DNA of 64,000 bases from Sphagnum compactum (taxonomy: Eukaryota), in contig OZ234493.1 in NCBI GenBank assembly GCA_965153455.1, positions 28,386,213-28,450,212 of the forward strand. The letters run 5' to 3'. Under the pieces are notes generated by a model that saw nothing but the letters and a program-made list of their open reading frames with translations, did no database searches and had not been told where the DNA came from. Below, piece after piece: positions 35,728 to 49,215 of the stretch; the first letter of the stretch is position 1, and the number at the start of each line of letters is the position of its first letter. The translations under genes and the position numbers were made by a program.

Positions 35728-36876
35728 GTGAAATTGGCCATTAACACAGCATCCGTTTTGCCTTCCTCATGTGTGGGCTCATGGAGCTTTTCTGTAGATC
35801 CATGTGATGCATTAGGATCCCCACAGTTTACTTGTGGTATTGAGTGTTCACCCGCAATTGGAGGAGTGTCACGGGTGATTGGTCTTAACCTAGAGCCTGT
35901 TGGTTACCATGGAACACTATCACCATATGTTGGCAACCTCTCCGCGCTGCAGACAATCATCATTTCAGGGAATAATTTTGAGGGCTCTATTCCAGCAACG
36001 CTTGGCCAGCTGACTGATCTTCTCCAGCTAGATTTGTCATCCAATTCCTTCACAGGATTTCTGCCTGAATCTTTGGGCCTTCTCTCAAACCTAGGATATC
36101 TCTCTGTTGCCAACAACCTCTTGGAAGGCAACATTCCATTATCCTTCAACAACCTAATTGAAGTGACACGAATGTCTCTGGACCGGAATCAACTCAGTGG
36201 CCCTATCCCTATTCTGAGTGGAATGAGGAGCTTAACCTACATTGATGCGAGCTACAATAATCTGACTGGACATTTGCCTTGGGGTTACCCTCCAAGGCTC
36301 AATTACCTTGCTTTAGGGCAGAACCAGCTTGCAGGACGTCTTCCCCAACTTCTTGGAGACCTGACTTCCCTGGCAGTTTTGGATCTGCGGAGCAATCAGT
36401 TGTGGGGCAGCATAGAGGACTTCATTTTTGACCTTCCTAGCCTTCAACAGCTCAATTTGTCACATAACAATTTCAGTCAACTCAGCGTCACAAACCGTAC
36501 AGGTGCTAACAGCCAGGTTGTGTCAATTGACTTGAGCTCCAATATGCTACAGGGTCCATTACCTGACTTTCTGGGGTTCATGAAGATGCTCAATGTTCTT
36601 TCACTACAGTCAAACATGTTCACGGGTCCAATTCCTTATAATTATGCACTGAAGGCAGCAAATGCACTTCCTGCATCCAATCAGCTCCGGCAGCTCTACC
36701 TTGACAGCAATTTTTTGACAGGAGAGGTTCCTTCTCCCTTTCTGAGCATCTCTAATAACATCACTGCAAGTTTTGTCAACAATTGTCTAGAGAACTGTCC
36801 ACCAGTACTCTCTTTCTGTCAAGGTGGTGGTCAACGATCACCAAATGAGTGTCAAGCAATCCACCAAACTCCATAG
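35728..36876 (+). CDS. Secreted leucine-rich repeat protein, exon 2 (plant extracellular LRRs, no TM or kinase domain)
   Basis: TGCAG acceptor in frame. LRRNT SWSFSVDPC..FTCGIEC, about 10 LxxLxLxxNxLxGxIP repeats, and a Cys-rich cap NNCL..CP....C..QRS..EC. Resembles the Arabidopsis At5g66330-type LRR family (from memory). Confidence 0.92.
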   Translation: MKLAINTASVLPSSCVGSWSFSVDPCDALGSPQFTCGIECSPAIGGVSRVIGLNLEPVGYHGTLSPYVGNLSALQTIIISGNNFEGSIPATLGQLTDLLQLDLSSNSFTGFLPESLGLLSNLGYLSVANNLLEGNIPLSFNNLIEVTRMSLDRNQLSGPIPILSGMRSLTYIDASYNNLTGHLPWGYPPRLNYLALGQNQLAGRLPQLLGDLTSLAVLDLRSNQLWGSIEDFIFDLPSLQQLNLSHNNFSQLSVTNRTGANSQVVSIDLSSNMLQGPLPDFLGFMKMLNVLSLQSNMFTGPIPYNYALKAANALPASNQLRQLYLDSNFLTGEVPSPFLSISNNITASFVNNCLENCPPVLSFCQGGGQRSPNECQAIHQTP

Positions 36877-38928
36877 TGTTGTCTTTATTTGGCAGTTTGC
36901 ATGTTCTAGGAAGGGCAGATCTGCAAGGTTGGTTAAAATTTACTAAGATTTCTTTGTAAGTAACAGTGGAGGGATTGGGGTTTATGGGGATTAGTATTAG
37001 AATTCTGGTTGAATAATTGGGCCTGCATGCAAAAGATCAGAAAGTCTGAGGTCCTAAGTTTTTGCCATGTCAGTCATGATTGTCTGCTAAAATCTGACCT
37101 TGATTGGGACTGTGAGTTTTAATCTGGATTAGGGATCATCCACTCCTTGTGATTTCCTTTGAACTCAGAGGCAGTTTAGATATATTTTGAATGATTGAGA
37201 GAAAAACCTTGTGAAGCAAGGACATACATTTTTACAGGTCCTGATCAAGTTTGAAGACTACGGTCTTCAAGCTTAATGTCAAGCATTAAAATGTCAAGTA
37301 GGTAGTGTTTTTCATGAACCCCATTTTAAGTATGTAGATGTTAAAATGGCTCTGCAACCTTATCCAAAATATTTTGAAGGAGATTATGATAATAAATTAC
37401 CACTTTCTATCAAAAGAAAACATGGGCTCAACTTTGTTTTTAGTGCTTGAAATCAAGGTCATTAAGTTTAAGAAAATTGAGATCTGAGAATGACAATGGA
37501 GGAAATGAAGGTTAACAAAGATCAGTTTCTAAAATCCATTTGTCTTGGCCAGAATAAAATCAGTGAGCGAGGAAAAAATGAAAGGTGGGATCTATGGAAT
37601 CTGAAAACAATGAAATGGAAGCAAGCAAAAAATAGTCTGAGAAAGCTAAAATTTAGTACACAGTCAATGACTTTGGAAGCTGGGAAGGACAATGGATGAA
37701 ATGAAGGCTAACAAAGATTGGTTCCAATAAACACAGATAGATTGAATGAGAATGCAAAATGTTACTGCAATTGTTTTGGGGAAGTGAGAAATTTGATTTA
37801 GTGTTCGAGTCTGTTCCAAGTACTTAACATGGCTGAAAGAAAGCACATAGTATGATTTAAACATCCAATGCATAATAACAATAAGCAAGTCTGCATGAAT
37901 CCCCAACAAAATTATTGTCAGTGAGATTTTTTGTGCCACACACCAGTTGCACAAGCCAGGAGACAGAACATATCAAGCTCCATTGCAAAACACTTTCATC
38001 AAGCAATACCATCACCACTTAAGGCCTTAAAAGGCCACATTTACTAGATGTCCTGATGCTAACACATTGGGATATATCTGCAGGTGCAGAATCAGCAGCT
38101 GTCCAAAGGTTCCTGATTAGCAATATGAGAAATCAATTGACTCATTTCCACCAACCCTACTTCATTCCAAGCAATCACCATTTCAGGGTGAGGAACTGGC
38201 ACATTGCATCCCAGATTTAACATTCAAATGCAACAGTCTCGGATTTTACTTTACACTGAACAAATGTCATGTGTATTACAACTTATCTGTAAATCGCTAA
38301 CAACATAGTTGAAGCAAAAAAGATGAAGCTCCCAAGGTGGTTGAAGAACACCAATGACCAGCACAACTACTAAGACGATTGGCTCAAAATCCTTACAAAC
38401 AACTCCCTTTCAGAAATCTGTTTCAAATCTACCTGACCTACGTTGCAGCAACCTGCAAAAATAAGGTGCAACCACAAAACAAAGCTACACAACCTCCTGA
38501 GAATACAGGAGATAAAAGGGGTATGTACTACTTGCCAAAATGCAATCCTATGAGTCATGAGCTCGTCCATCCCCTGAGTTCCATGATCTGAATCATACCA
38601 AACCATCTGATGAACAGCCAGAAGGCTCTCCAGTTCTCTGAAGTTCACTTTGCCCAACAAGAATTAGCCCCAGGCCCCCATGAACTCCAAACAAAGATAC
38701 AAGGTCTTTGAGCTGATGTGCTCAACATTGGTTAGGGTTCCTGTACATCATCAGGTATGAACCCCTGCACATCCAGTTGTGCTAAAGAGAGAGATAAAAA
38801 CCAGAGGCACCAGATAGCTGGCATATAAGGAACAGTCACAGCTCTGGTAGAAAAGAACTGATCGAATTGTTGGAAACCTCAGCCTTCACAAGTAGCCGGG
38901 CTAGTAATATACCTACCAATCTGCTGTC

Positions 38929-39204
38929 CTACATGTCATAGTAGCTTCTTCTGCGTTTCAGAAGAGGCGATGAAGGAGGAGATACATCAAGATGAAGATT
39001 AGGGACAGTAAATGCATCACCAAAATCTGGCACAAGAGCCACTTCTTGCTTCACGGTTTTGACAGTGCCTATCATCCTGGTGGACCGAGACAACCCAGAA
39101 GCAGTTGGAGGAGATGGTAACTGAGGAACCTCACAAAGGGTCTCTTCATCAAACAAGCTGAGATCAGCTGTCCAATCGAAGTCTCCAAAATTTGCTACAT
39201 CAGC
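38929..39204 (-). CDS. B-box zinc-finger protein (BBX21-25 group), exon 3
   Basis: TTGCAG acceptor. Contains EVPQL, the VP motif AFTVPNL and a basic NLS KRRR before the stop. Confidence 0.88.
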   Translation of the reverse strand, partial: ADVANFGDFDWTADLSLFDEETLCEVPQLPSPPTASGLSRSTRMIGTVKTVKQEVALVPDFGDAFTVPNLHLDVSPPSSPLLKRRRSYYDM

Positions 39205-39453
39205 CTGCAAAAAGTGAATAGGTGCATCTCTTAGAACATTCAGTGTTCTCTAGACAGCTGTGAGACACACCTCCCATAAATGGCCATTCACAAGTTACAT
39301 GGCATCTGTGTTCAGAAGTAACCCAGACAAAAAGCAAGATTGTGAATGAAGATTTCAAACTAAATGGGCAACATTCCTGGTTTAAAAGATACAGATCAAA
39401 CATGATCATGGCATGAGCAATCCTCAAGAGCACCACAAGTCAAAGAAACCTAC

Positions 39454-39969
39454 CTTGGACGATCCTACATTGGCTGCATTGTAGCCCTCTGCCAAGTCTG
39501 CCAAGTTCAGTAACTCATCCACTCTCCAGCCAGAAGTAGCCTCTGTCAGAAACTCTGTGATGCTGCTTTTTCTCAAGGTTCCTGAGCCACTCTGAAGTCC
39601 TGTACTTAAAGATGTTCCCATCACTTCTCCCACCTTTGGTACAAAGCCTCCTTGATTTTTTGACTGAGGCATTGGGTGGTTCACAGGTGAGGAGGAAAGA
39701 GGAGGTTGAGCAGTGCTAGACAACCTGCCACTCATGATTGGATTCATCATACGACTGGTTTTGGAGGTAGGCAGACTGAATTGAGGAGTCTCTTCAGAAG
39801 CTGCATCAGGCTCCTCCTGCACAGTTAGAGCCTTCCAAGCAACTCGTATTCCTGGAATCAAAAACCGCTTATGCCTGGTAGAGAGAGAATTGGCCGAGTG
39901 TATTGACAAATCACAGTCCCGGCATAGGAGTGCTCTATCCTCCACACAGAAAAAAAACCCTGACTTTTC
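39454..39969 (-). CDS. B-box zinc-finger protein, exon 2
   Basis: B-box2 EKSGFFFCVEDRALLCRDCD.SIH......HKRFL plus SSITEFL....GWRVDELL. AG/GT splice sites, 516 nt, phase 0. Confidence 0.92.
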
Positions 39970-40377
39970 CTGCATACCCACAAAAAAAAACATCCACTCA
40001 GTCACAGACCAACTTTCACACAGAAACAAGCTGTGTAGCAGTCCCATTATGAAAATCCAAAAGTCTGCTCATCCCAAAAAAGTCCCCTGCACTTCTTAGG
40101 CTGGATAAAGCAATTACAATGCGCTCCATGTCCCATTCTCTAACAGCATCTATTGTAGTCTGATTTCAGCCTCTAACCGACATCCAGTGAAGGCTGAATG
40201 TGTTGACAAGGTGTAACCCTCCCACCACATGATGCAAGACTGGCTTCAGTGTAAGAATGCAAAAGAAAAAGGTCTATGCATGTCTTGCCAAACAGGACTA
40301 ATTACAAGCACCATCTCATCCCAGCACCAAGCACATGAAAGCATACATGCACAGACTGAAGCACGTGAGAGGCAAAC

Positions 40378-40557
40378 CTGGCAGATGTCACAGCGAGGAG
40401 CATCGGTAGGAGCCATGAGTGGAACCCGCTGGTGCTTGTTAGCAAGCTTGTTGGCGGCATGCACTCTTGTGTCACAATCAGTGCATAACGCAGCTTCGTC
40501 CGCACAACAAATAACTGTCGCCTTACTGCTCTCGCACACATCGCATTGGATCTTCAT
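40378..40557 (-). CDS. B-box zinc-finger protein, exon 1 (BBX22/BBX24-like; total 323 aa)
   Basis: MKIQCDVCE...CCADEAALC..CD..VHAANKLANKHQRVPL...PRCDICQ, then a GT donor. Two B-boxes and no CCT domain. Confidence 0.93.
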
Positions 40558-41030
40558 CTCGGGCCACTCTTCTCACCTGTCGCCTCTAGCCTTCTCCTTA
40601 GGTGAAGCTCTTCCTTCTCCACTAGAGCTGCAACGATGTAAACTGCTCAAACACTTTTCTAATGTAATATTTCTCCCCTCTGCAATCGTGATCACCAATA
40701 CATTCAAGTTGCAAGAAAACCAGCGACTGTCCAAGCACAAGGAAATCAAGAGACGAAAATCAGATCCCTCACTCGCAAGAGTCGATGTCCAAACCGATTC
40801 GGGGAGCCGGCGGTGGGTATTTGCCTCCGCACCGCAGACAAAACGAAGCCAGACAGACAGACGGACACAAAAAAAAACTTGGAAAACCCTTGCCTAACGA
40901 AAGGACATAAAAAGAAGTCCCCAGCCAACAGACACAACAAAAAAAAGCCGAACAGAGCGATCGAAGCTTCACAAACCAGTCAGTCACCTTGACGACAGAA
41001 ACAGAAAATTCGAGAGAAGGTTTGGAATTC

Positions 41031-41043
<13 letters not shown>

Positions 41044-41071
<28 letters not shown>
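41044..41071. repeat. (GA)n microsatellite in the BBX upstream/5' UTR region
   Basis: About 14 GA units. An (AGGT)n run follows at about 41351-41386. Confidence 0.85.
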
Positions 41072-41075
<4 letters not shown>

Positions 41076-41640
41076 TACCAACCAGAAGTGCGTGAGGAGA
41101 ATCAAATCTGGAGAGATAAACAGCAACAACAAATTTGCTGGCCTTCTTCTACAGCAGCCACCGAGAGACTAGGGGTCGCGAAAGAAACTGCTATTTTCTT
41201 CTTCCCACCAAAGAGTGACGAGAGAATCAAATCCGCCGAGTAAGAGAGAGGAGATGAAGGCAACAAGAAAATCTTGCACCTCTTCCGCCACTCATATGAC
41301 CCCAGTCTCAACAAAGAAACAATGGGTAAGGGATCGTCGAGAGGAGTCGCAGGTAGGTAGGTAGGTAGGTAAGTAGGTAGGTAGGTATTACGTACCTTCC
41401 AGGAAGGAAGGTAGAAAATGGATAGTAGGTAGCTGGCGCGCGCTCGCCATGCCCTGCAGACAGATTTTAGGGTTTCATTGCCGGAAACTCATCATTACAC
41501 ACATATTACACAAACCAGAATTTGCATGTCGGTTTCAATCAGTGTGGGTTGGGCGGTTCTTGGCTTTTATGAAGACCCACTGGTGGTTTCAGTGTTTGGA
41601 AAAGCCCTAAAGGGTGGGGGGGGGGGGGGGGTATTCTATT

Positions 41641-42035
41641 CTCAGAATAATGGTGCATTCACACTTGATGTTAAGTCAGTGTTAAATGAAAATCTAGGTG
41701 GCACCCAATGTTAAATGGGCAATGGCTTAATGTTAAGTGAATATTAGTTTCATATAAAATTTTTATGATAAATAAGTTAAGGGACAATGTTGCAATGATA
41801 GGGATAGTGAGGAGAGACAAGTTGTTGGGAGGGGGGAGGGGGTATTCTCAGAATAATGGTGCATTCACACTTGATGTTAAGTCAGTGTTAAATGAAAATC
41901 TAGGTGGCACCCAATGTTAAATGGGCAATGGCTTAATGTTAAGTGAATGTTAATTTCATATAAAATTTTCATGATAAATAAGTTAAGGGACAATGTTGCA
42001 ATGATAGGGATAGTGAGGAGAGACAAGTTATTGGG
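41641..42035. repeat. 206-bp tandem duplication of a truncated MITE-like end
   Basis: CTCAGAATAATGGTGCATTCACACTTG at 41641 and 41847. The units are nearly identical and each is preceded by a G-run. Confidence 0.85.
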
Positions 42036-45000
42036 CAACTTTCACTCGATGGAAGTCGTTCTGATAAGTTGAAAAGTACTTTCTAAATTGTGTGAATTCT
42101 TGTTTTTACGATACCAACAAACATGATTTTTTCATCCCAATGAAAGATCAAAATATACCAAAAAATAAAATGCAACAATGTTTTATTGTTTCGAATTGGG
42201 TTCAATCCTTATAACTAGACACGGATGAAGACATGCCATATTAAACATGATGGATTAGGGTTCAATCTATTCCAAAGTAAATAAAACCTAGGAAAAATTT
42301 CATAGTGCATTTGGAGGGTTACCTTTATATCCATGAATATCCCTCCTTGTTTTTGTAAGAATGATTTTACACCTATTTAAAAAAAAATTCACTTGTAAAA
42401 AATGGGTGTAAGAACCTTCTCGCTCTTACACCTTGTAAATATGCATATGTTTTTAGTGTAAAGCACGGGTTGAGGAATAAACATTCTCAAAGTAAAAACC
42501 ACCCAAGGCAAATCTGAAGGATGCTTACTTCAAGAACACCCCGTTTTGAAGGTGTTGCCCTAGAAGGTGTTAACCAATGTAAAAAGTAAAAACCCATGAC
42601 AAAAATTTATTATTTATATTTTCCCATGATATCTAATGGATACTATGAAAATTTTTATAAAAAAAGGAAACAATGTTTTTGAAATATAAAGATGGAATAC
42701 ATCCATTTGTGAAAACCATAAGGTTCAGGCCTAATTTTTTTTATGCAAGCATATGCCTTTTGGGCATAGGCATAGGTTCATTTTATTTTTACACAAAAGC
42801 ATGAATAGTTGGTATGAAAAAAGGTGATGCCCATTATACATGAACCTAGGAATGTGCATAAAAGAGCACGGTCATAATTCATATCATTTTCAAACAAAAA
42901 GAAAAATGTTTGAGTCCAAGGCATGTGATTGTGAAAGTGTCATACACAAGTTGCAAAAAAATATTTAACTTTTAATAAAAAGTTTTGTACATATTGTAAT
43001 CCTATTGAACAATAAATAACTTCCAACTATCAAAGTTGTATGCTAGATAACTATAGAATTGTAGCTTCTAGGTGATGAAACAAATCCACCAATTTGGAGT
43101 CATCATACCATAAAAGATGTTGATGGCATAGTCTGCCAATTGCCTTGAATTGTGACCTTAACAAAGGGACACATGCAAATTGATGGCGGGTGCAAAATGC
43201 ACTTTCAAACTTTCCAAGCATACACACAAGAAAGAAAAAACACTCAAAACCATCACACATTCAAGATTTTTCAAATAGTTGATGTTGCATTGAATACAAT
43301 AAAATGCATCCTTGTTCACTATGTGATTTCATTGAATTTTGAATGAATCCATTGGTCCCCATTGAATGAGGACAATGGATTTGTTGGTCCATTGAATAGG
43401 GACTAAAGAACTACACCCACTTTTTGTAGTAGTGACTCAACACAATTGCATCAATTTTTTGAAATATTGTACAACCCAAACAACTTTTCATTACATCAAA
43501 TTCGCATAAACAAATTGACACATAAGCAAACTTTTATATTAGACTTTTAAACACATCAAACTTGCATTCAACTTCATCAAACATGAACCCACACTCAACA
43601 AAACTCAAGTAGTTACATTCAACTTTACACAATCCTACATTTAGTTTCACAGTTCACATAAACTTGCATTTAACCTCACACTTCACACAAACTAAACATT
43701 TCATGAAAAATTTGCATTAAGTTTCAAACAAACTCACATGTAGCTTTAGCCACATCCTTCATAAACCTCAAGTCCTTATTGTCTATAAAATGGAAAAGCC
43801 CCACAAAAACACCCACCTCAACATTGACCTCAAAAAGACAATGACACAAAAGACACATACACATAAATACACACTAACACTACCACATAGACATATTCTA
43901 AGACCTCGCATGCAACATTGACAACACATAGACTTCACAAAGAACACTAACAAGCAATGACATGGTCATAACAAATGGAAACATACAACAATTAAAATAA
44001 CATACATGAATGGAACACAAAATGGTAAATGCATGGGGATGGTGTAAACAATTTTAGGGAAAATTGGGATTAAATATAGTATAGAAAGTGATAACACATA
44101 AGATTTCATTCACTTTGAAATTTTTTAGAGATCACATGTACTTAATTTGATATTCAAATATAAAAATAAGTTATTAAACCCATCAATATGCAATTGATTG
44201 GTAGTTGTATCATTGTGTAAAAGTACATCAATAATTTTATAAACATGGATTTATAACCCTTATTTGATAGTAGATTACCATTTTTTTATTAATTTTGAAA
44301 ATCCATTATTTTTATGTAAAATGGTAAAAACAACATTTAACAACTACATCTTCAATGGAAGAACATTTTACAATTACAAAAGATTATAATCATCATCATA
44401 ATTATAACATAATGTATTAACAAATGTTTTTAAAACATTTGATATGAACTTCACAACTTGAAAAGAAATTGAAATTTTTGGTGAAAAGATTCTTTTTCAT
44501 AGTGTTTTTTTACATGTGCAATTTTTTTTGGATAAATTACCATTAAATCTAGTCCTTTGAGTAAAAACATAATAAAAATAACCATGACAACCAAGGTCAG
44601 AATTCTTACCAAGGATTGCATTTTACATGTGTCCTACATGTATTGGTCTATTAAATATCAAAACTATATTTTAAATGTAATTTTTGGGATTGGATATTAA
44701 TATTAAGACCAAACATGGTTCATATTATAATAAAAACTATATTTTTGCATGAAGACCTAGATGTATAATTTTGTTTTCAACCATGATGATAAATTTTGAA
44801 CTTTTTTGACCATTAAAGACATTTAAAATCAAAATCAACAACATTTGTTAAAAGGATTCAATACATGTGCATTTAAAAATATAAACACATGTGGCCTTTC
44901 TTATGAAATATATTAGAACCCATAATAATTTTGAGAACATTTGATGAAGGTTTGAGTAACAAAAAACACGTTCAAATTTTAGAGTCTTCGAAAGAACCTT

Positions 45001-47269
45001 GTCAATAAATGTTTTGTGTATGACAAAGGACTATAATAACATAATGAAATGATTCCAAATTCATAGGAGTCCAATTTCATGAGCACCAAAACACAATTAC
45101 AAATTATGGATAGATAATTCATTAAATACAATTAATGGTGATTTTTCAAAATAATGTAAGTGCAGTTTTAAGCATTGTCAACAACTTCCTTGGCTCCTTT
45201 TATTGTGAATGTACCCCTTTGTAGATTTTTTTATAATTGCAACATTGTAACAGGGCTATTGCAAAATGAAAATTGAGATGTAAACCACCATTAATTGAAA
45301 ATTTTAGCTACAAAATGTTTTCCAAACATCCACCATGATATATATTAAAATTCCGCAAATGTTGAAAAATGTAAAATTGTGACAATTTTTTCTTTACATT
45401 GTAAAATGCATTTGCTCAAAACATAATGTTTGTTAAAGCGATTGTGAAGGTGTTCACAATGGTACCTTCATCTTTCACATAGGCTATAACTTTGTCCAAT
45501 AAATTATATCAAACAAGCAAATTGTAAAGCCATTGTAGCCCATATTATTTCATGAACTTCAAAAATCCCCATAATGATATGACATGGTTTCCATTTTATT
45601 GTTAATGTAAGTCATATGTTGTAATAATTGTGTTAACTTTAGCAAAGGAAAGAAGGATATGGTGTTCCATGGTTTTATTGAATGTGTTAGGGAATACATC
45701 ATTGGTCAATTGTCATTTATTAAAAAAAACAATTCGATAGTAAAGCCCTCGGGTATTCCTAAAATGCCAGCCCAGACTCTGCCCGAGGCCCCTTATTTTG
45801 GGAACGCCCCCACCCTGGGTGGGTACCCTACACAAACCAACCTCCCCAATCCAGGTCCAGAATGGAAGTCACATAATTAGGGTTTAGGGTTTATTGGGAA
45901 AGAGTTTTAAAGGGCAAAAAAGTTCTTTGGTCGTTTATTTCCTGAATATTAGGGTCAAACCTTTATCCATCCAAGAAGGAAATGGAGTGAAGCTACCTCG
46001 AGGCGGTGAGGCTTTACATGAAGAAGCATTATTGAACTAGACTTTGAAATTGATTTCTAGGCATTTCTTGCAAGTTCGAAAAGTTGTTTGGTAGATTCTA
46101 CCAAAAGGTCAAGTTAGCATTTTGTGTATCCTTTGTTTTATTCTTGGGAATTCTTTGTGCTACCATGCTCCACACTAAGGGGTGCAACATAACTTTTTCT
46201 TGTGAGGCCAATGGGTACTTACTTACTTACTGTTCCTTTCATGACTTGTGCTTGCGACATAAAACACAATTCCTCATTTCTCGCACTTGTTTTTTTTCCA
46301 ATTTCATGCCAGAAGTACTTTCTAGGGTTTTGTGCAAAAGTGCAGAAAAGAGGGTGCCTATCAAGCCAATAACTTAGTCCTCAGGAGGAGGATTCACGAG
46401 GTTATTGAACTAAGGAGTGGTTAGTGAACAATTAGTGAACTAAGGAGTGGTTAGGTTCAAGTCACTCCTACAAAGTCGTGTTAATTGTTACACACACACA
46501 ATAATAGCAAACTGAATTATATTGGATGACCCACATAGTCATCACAACATCTCGAAAGTGGAATAATAAATTTATATGGAGTTGGTACAAAGATATCAAT
46601 TCTTTGCTAAAATTCAAATTTCTTTCTCCCATCCATAGTGGGTTAAATATATTTTTTGTAACGGACCAATGACAGCCTCAGCCTCACCCCACTTGCTGAC
46701 CTTATTGTGACAGAAAGTGTATAAAAAATAATAGCTATTCGATGAACTTATGTAGACCAATGTAATTTAATAAGCTCAAACCGAGCTGTAGATTTTATTA
46801 AATAACAAAGTTACTTAGCAGATATTTGATGCCTCAAACTTGGCAAACAACAAGCCAATCAAATTTGGGGGGACTTCTCCTCTGCACTAGCCATGACTTT
46901 GTGTGCCCAGCAAGAAGGGTGGGATAGCACGAAGCTACAAGTGAAGTTTCACAAGTTGGAAAGAATGAATCAAAGGAACAAAAGCTTTATATCATTTGTT
47001 TGCCCAGAATGCGGAACTTTACAACTTTGCCCCTGATTTCTGGGCAACTCACCAGTGATGTAGCGCGAATCTCAGATGTGGCAGAATTTGAGCATGCAAG
47101 TTGTTGGTTGTGGGGTTCACATCATCACAAACCGACTTATGACTAATTTCCATATCCTTAATGGACTGCTAACAATTACATTGCACTCAAACATTTGTAC
47201 CTTTTCTTAGAGTCATCTGTAAAGTCACCCTGTCTTTGGGCCTGGTTTCACTCGCCATCCCTTCGATGA

Positions 47270-47470
47270 AACCTTGCCAAACTTTTTTTTTTAAACACAC
47301 CCAAGAAAGAGAGAGAAAAGAAACAAAGAGGCAATGACCCAAATCCAGGCAAGCAAACAGCCCAAAACAGGCGCGCCACAAGGAAGGAAGGGAACCACTA
47401 AGAGCCGAACCTTTCACCAGTTGCATGAAGCATGTCCACTGAAGAGAAGAGAGGGAAGGCAAACCCCATA
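47270..47470. repeat. Dispersed repeat (empty-site paralog of 51335-51870)
   Basis: CACCCAAGAAAG...CAGGCAAGCAAACAGCCCAAAA...GGAACCACTAAG...CACCAGT..CATGAA.CAT is shared with the second copy. Confidence 0.75.
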
Positions 47471-47985
47471 AAACTTAGAGCCTAGAAGAACCCTCCTCTG
47501 TAGTAACATCCCTTCTCTCAGCTGTATTCGCAAAGTAAGGAAATTTTTAGTAAATCTCAGTGTGAAATGCTGAAACTCAGCAATTAATGCACATGGGTTC
47601 CAGAGTAAGTAACTCTGTTGTTAGAAGATCCCATCAAATCCCATCAAATGGAGGTAATTGTCATATATATCCAAACTGCACACTCATAAGTCATAACATA
47701 CTTATCCTACTTCATATAACCTTAAAATATGTGTATCAATTCTTTTTGTGACTATTGAGTTATAATGAGCATCATATGGAAATCTAGTTCTGTATCTGAG
47801 ATGTGATTTTGTGCGATATTTATAGCCATTCTGTTTGATAGCACATTCTGTTAGAGGCCTGAACTCTCGGTTAGAGGTTACATCAATTACACCCACTTCA
47901 GGAAGAACTCTTGTATCCTAGAATTGGGATGATGTGAAGGAGTCAAATGGTGTGAAAGTGGAAATTTTTGTTTTTTGTTTTTTGT

Positions 47986-48294
47986 TGGCCTTGCCTACCA
48001 AGGCAAGGATATTGTGTTTAGATTAACTATAGAGTATGGTGGCTTAAGGGATTTTAGCCCCTAGGTAGTAGGTCTATTTTTATATGAGGATTTTTGAAAG
48101 ATGATATTTTGGCTTTTGTTGAAACTTGAGATTAGTTATTATAGAGTTAGAATATCTTGAAGGATTTTTGGTTTCTTTTTAAAAGACTATATAATTTTGG
48201 CATGGTGAAATATTTGAGTTTCCATAATTCTTCTTTTGCCTTAAGACACTTTTTAATGTGATTGGCAAGGCCACAGTGTGACTGACACACCCCC
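47986..48294 (+). mobile_element. Non-autonomous Helentron/HINE-like element, copy 2
   Basis: Same subTIRs and internal sequence as 23612-23959. Perfect GTGTG-ACTGA-CACAC hairpin, then CCCC and a T-run. Confidence 0.7.
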
Positions 48295-48895
48295 TTTTTT
48301 TGGGGGGGGGCAGTAAGTATGCCCTGGGTAGTGACAGCTCCAAAATTGCACTAAATGGAAATAAGTATTTTCAATTGGTTGATCATAACGATTGGTTTAA
48401 GTGGTGAGACTTGAATAATCTCGCACTTTTATACATTGAGAAATTTCATTGGAATGGGTCAGGAGGGGAAATTTTATGATTGTATCGAATATTTATGCAA
48501 GCACAAATAATAGGGGAGCACCGATGGAGATACTCTTAGATCACAATGAAGCTAAGCCACTAAGGTTGATCTTTAAAAATATTCTCGGCGGAGTTTAAAA
48601 AATCCATCAATTTGGAACTATTTTTAAGAGCTGAAAGGTTAAAAAGGTGTAACCAGACATACTTTAGTATTGCTAATAGCTACCAAGGATTGCCGCCCTT
48701 GTCCAAAATGTGACTAGGACAGAACAACATGCATAAAGTATGAACATAAACCCTTTATGCTCTTCAAAACGACAAAGGGAAAAAAAAAGCCTTTGTCTTC
48801 CCTCCCATAACAAAAAGTGCAAATAGACATTACAAGAAAATCAAGAGGATTCTATTTAGCACTTGTGGATGACTCTTATTTCAATCTAGTTTCAC

Positions 48896-49215
48896 ATTCA
48901 TTTTAGATGAGGGTCGGTCCTATGGAAATAGAGCAATCCTATTGGTTAAGAGTCATAAATTGAACCCGTGAACTTTAGATAAGGGTTGAAGACCAAAAAG
49001 TGGCAAATCGAGGCTAAACTTACATGGCACCATTTTGGAAGGAAAATCAATTGGTTCAGACCAAAAAAAGTCTATAAAAAAGCTCAAAGGAAAAGCTCGT
49101 GATTTGGAGAACCAAGATGCAAGCAGGGTGGTCCAACTCAAGGATTGAATTTGCTTCAAATGAGCCCAAATTGGTTCCTAGGATTTTGGACCTTGGACCC
49201 CATGTAAAGTGGGCC
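48896..49215 (-). mobile_element. PIF/Harbinger-like MITE (family of 53144-53474), inverted copy
   Basis: The reverse complement aligns with 53144-53474. TIR ..TTTAGATGAGGGTC / GGACCCCATGTAAAGTGGGCC; the left end is decayed. Confidence 0.7.

Noticed and set aside
40229-40897. 222-aa plus-strand ORF
   Set aside because: Antisense shadow of BBX exon 1 and its 5' UTR; no domain.
46395-46500. tRNA/SINE-like boxes (AGTGGTTAG, GGTTCAAGTC)
   Set aside because: No cloverleaf, no clear TSD and no second copy in the window.
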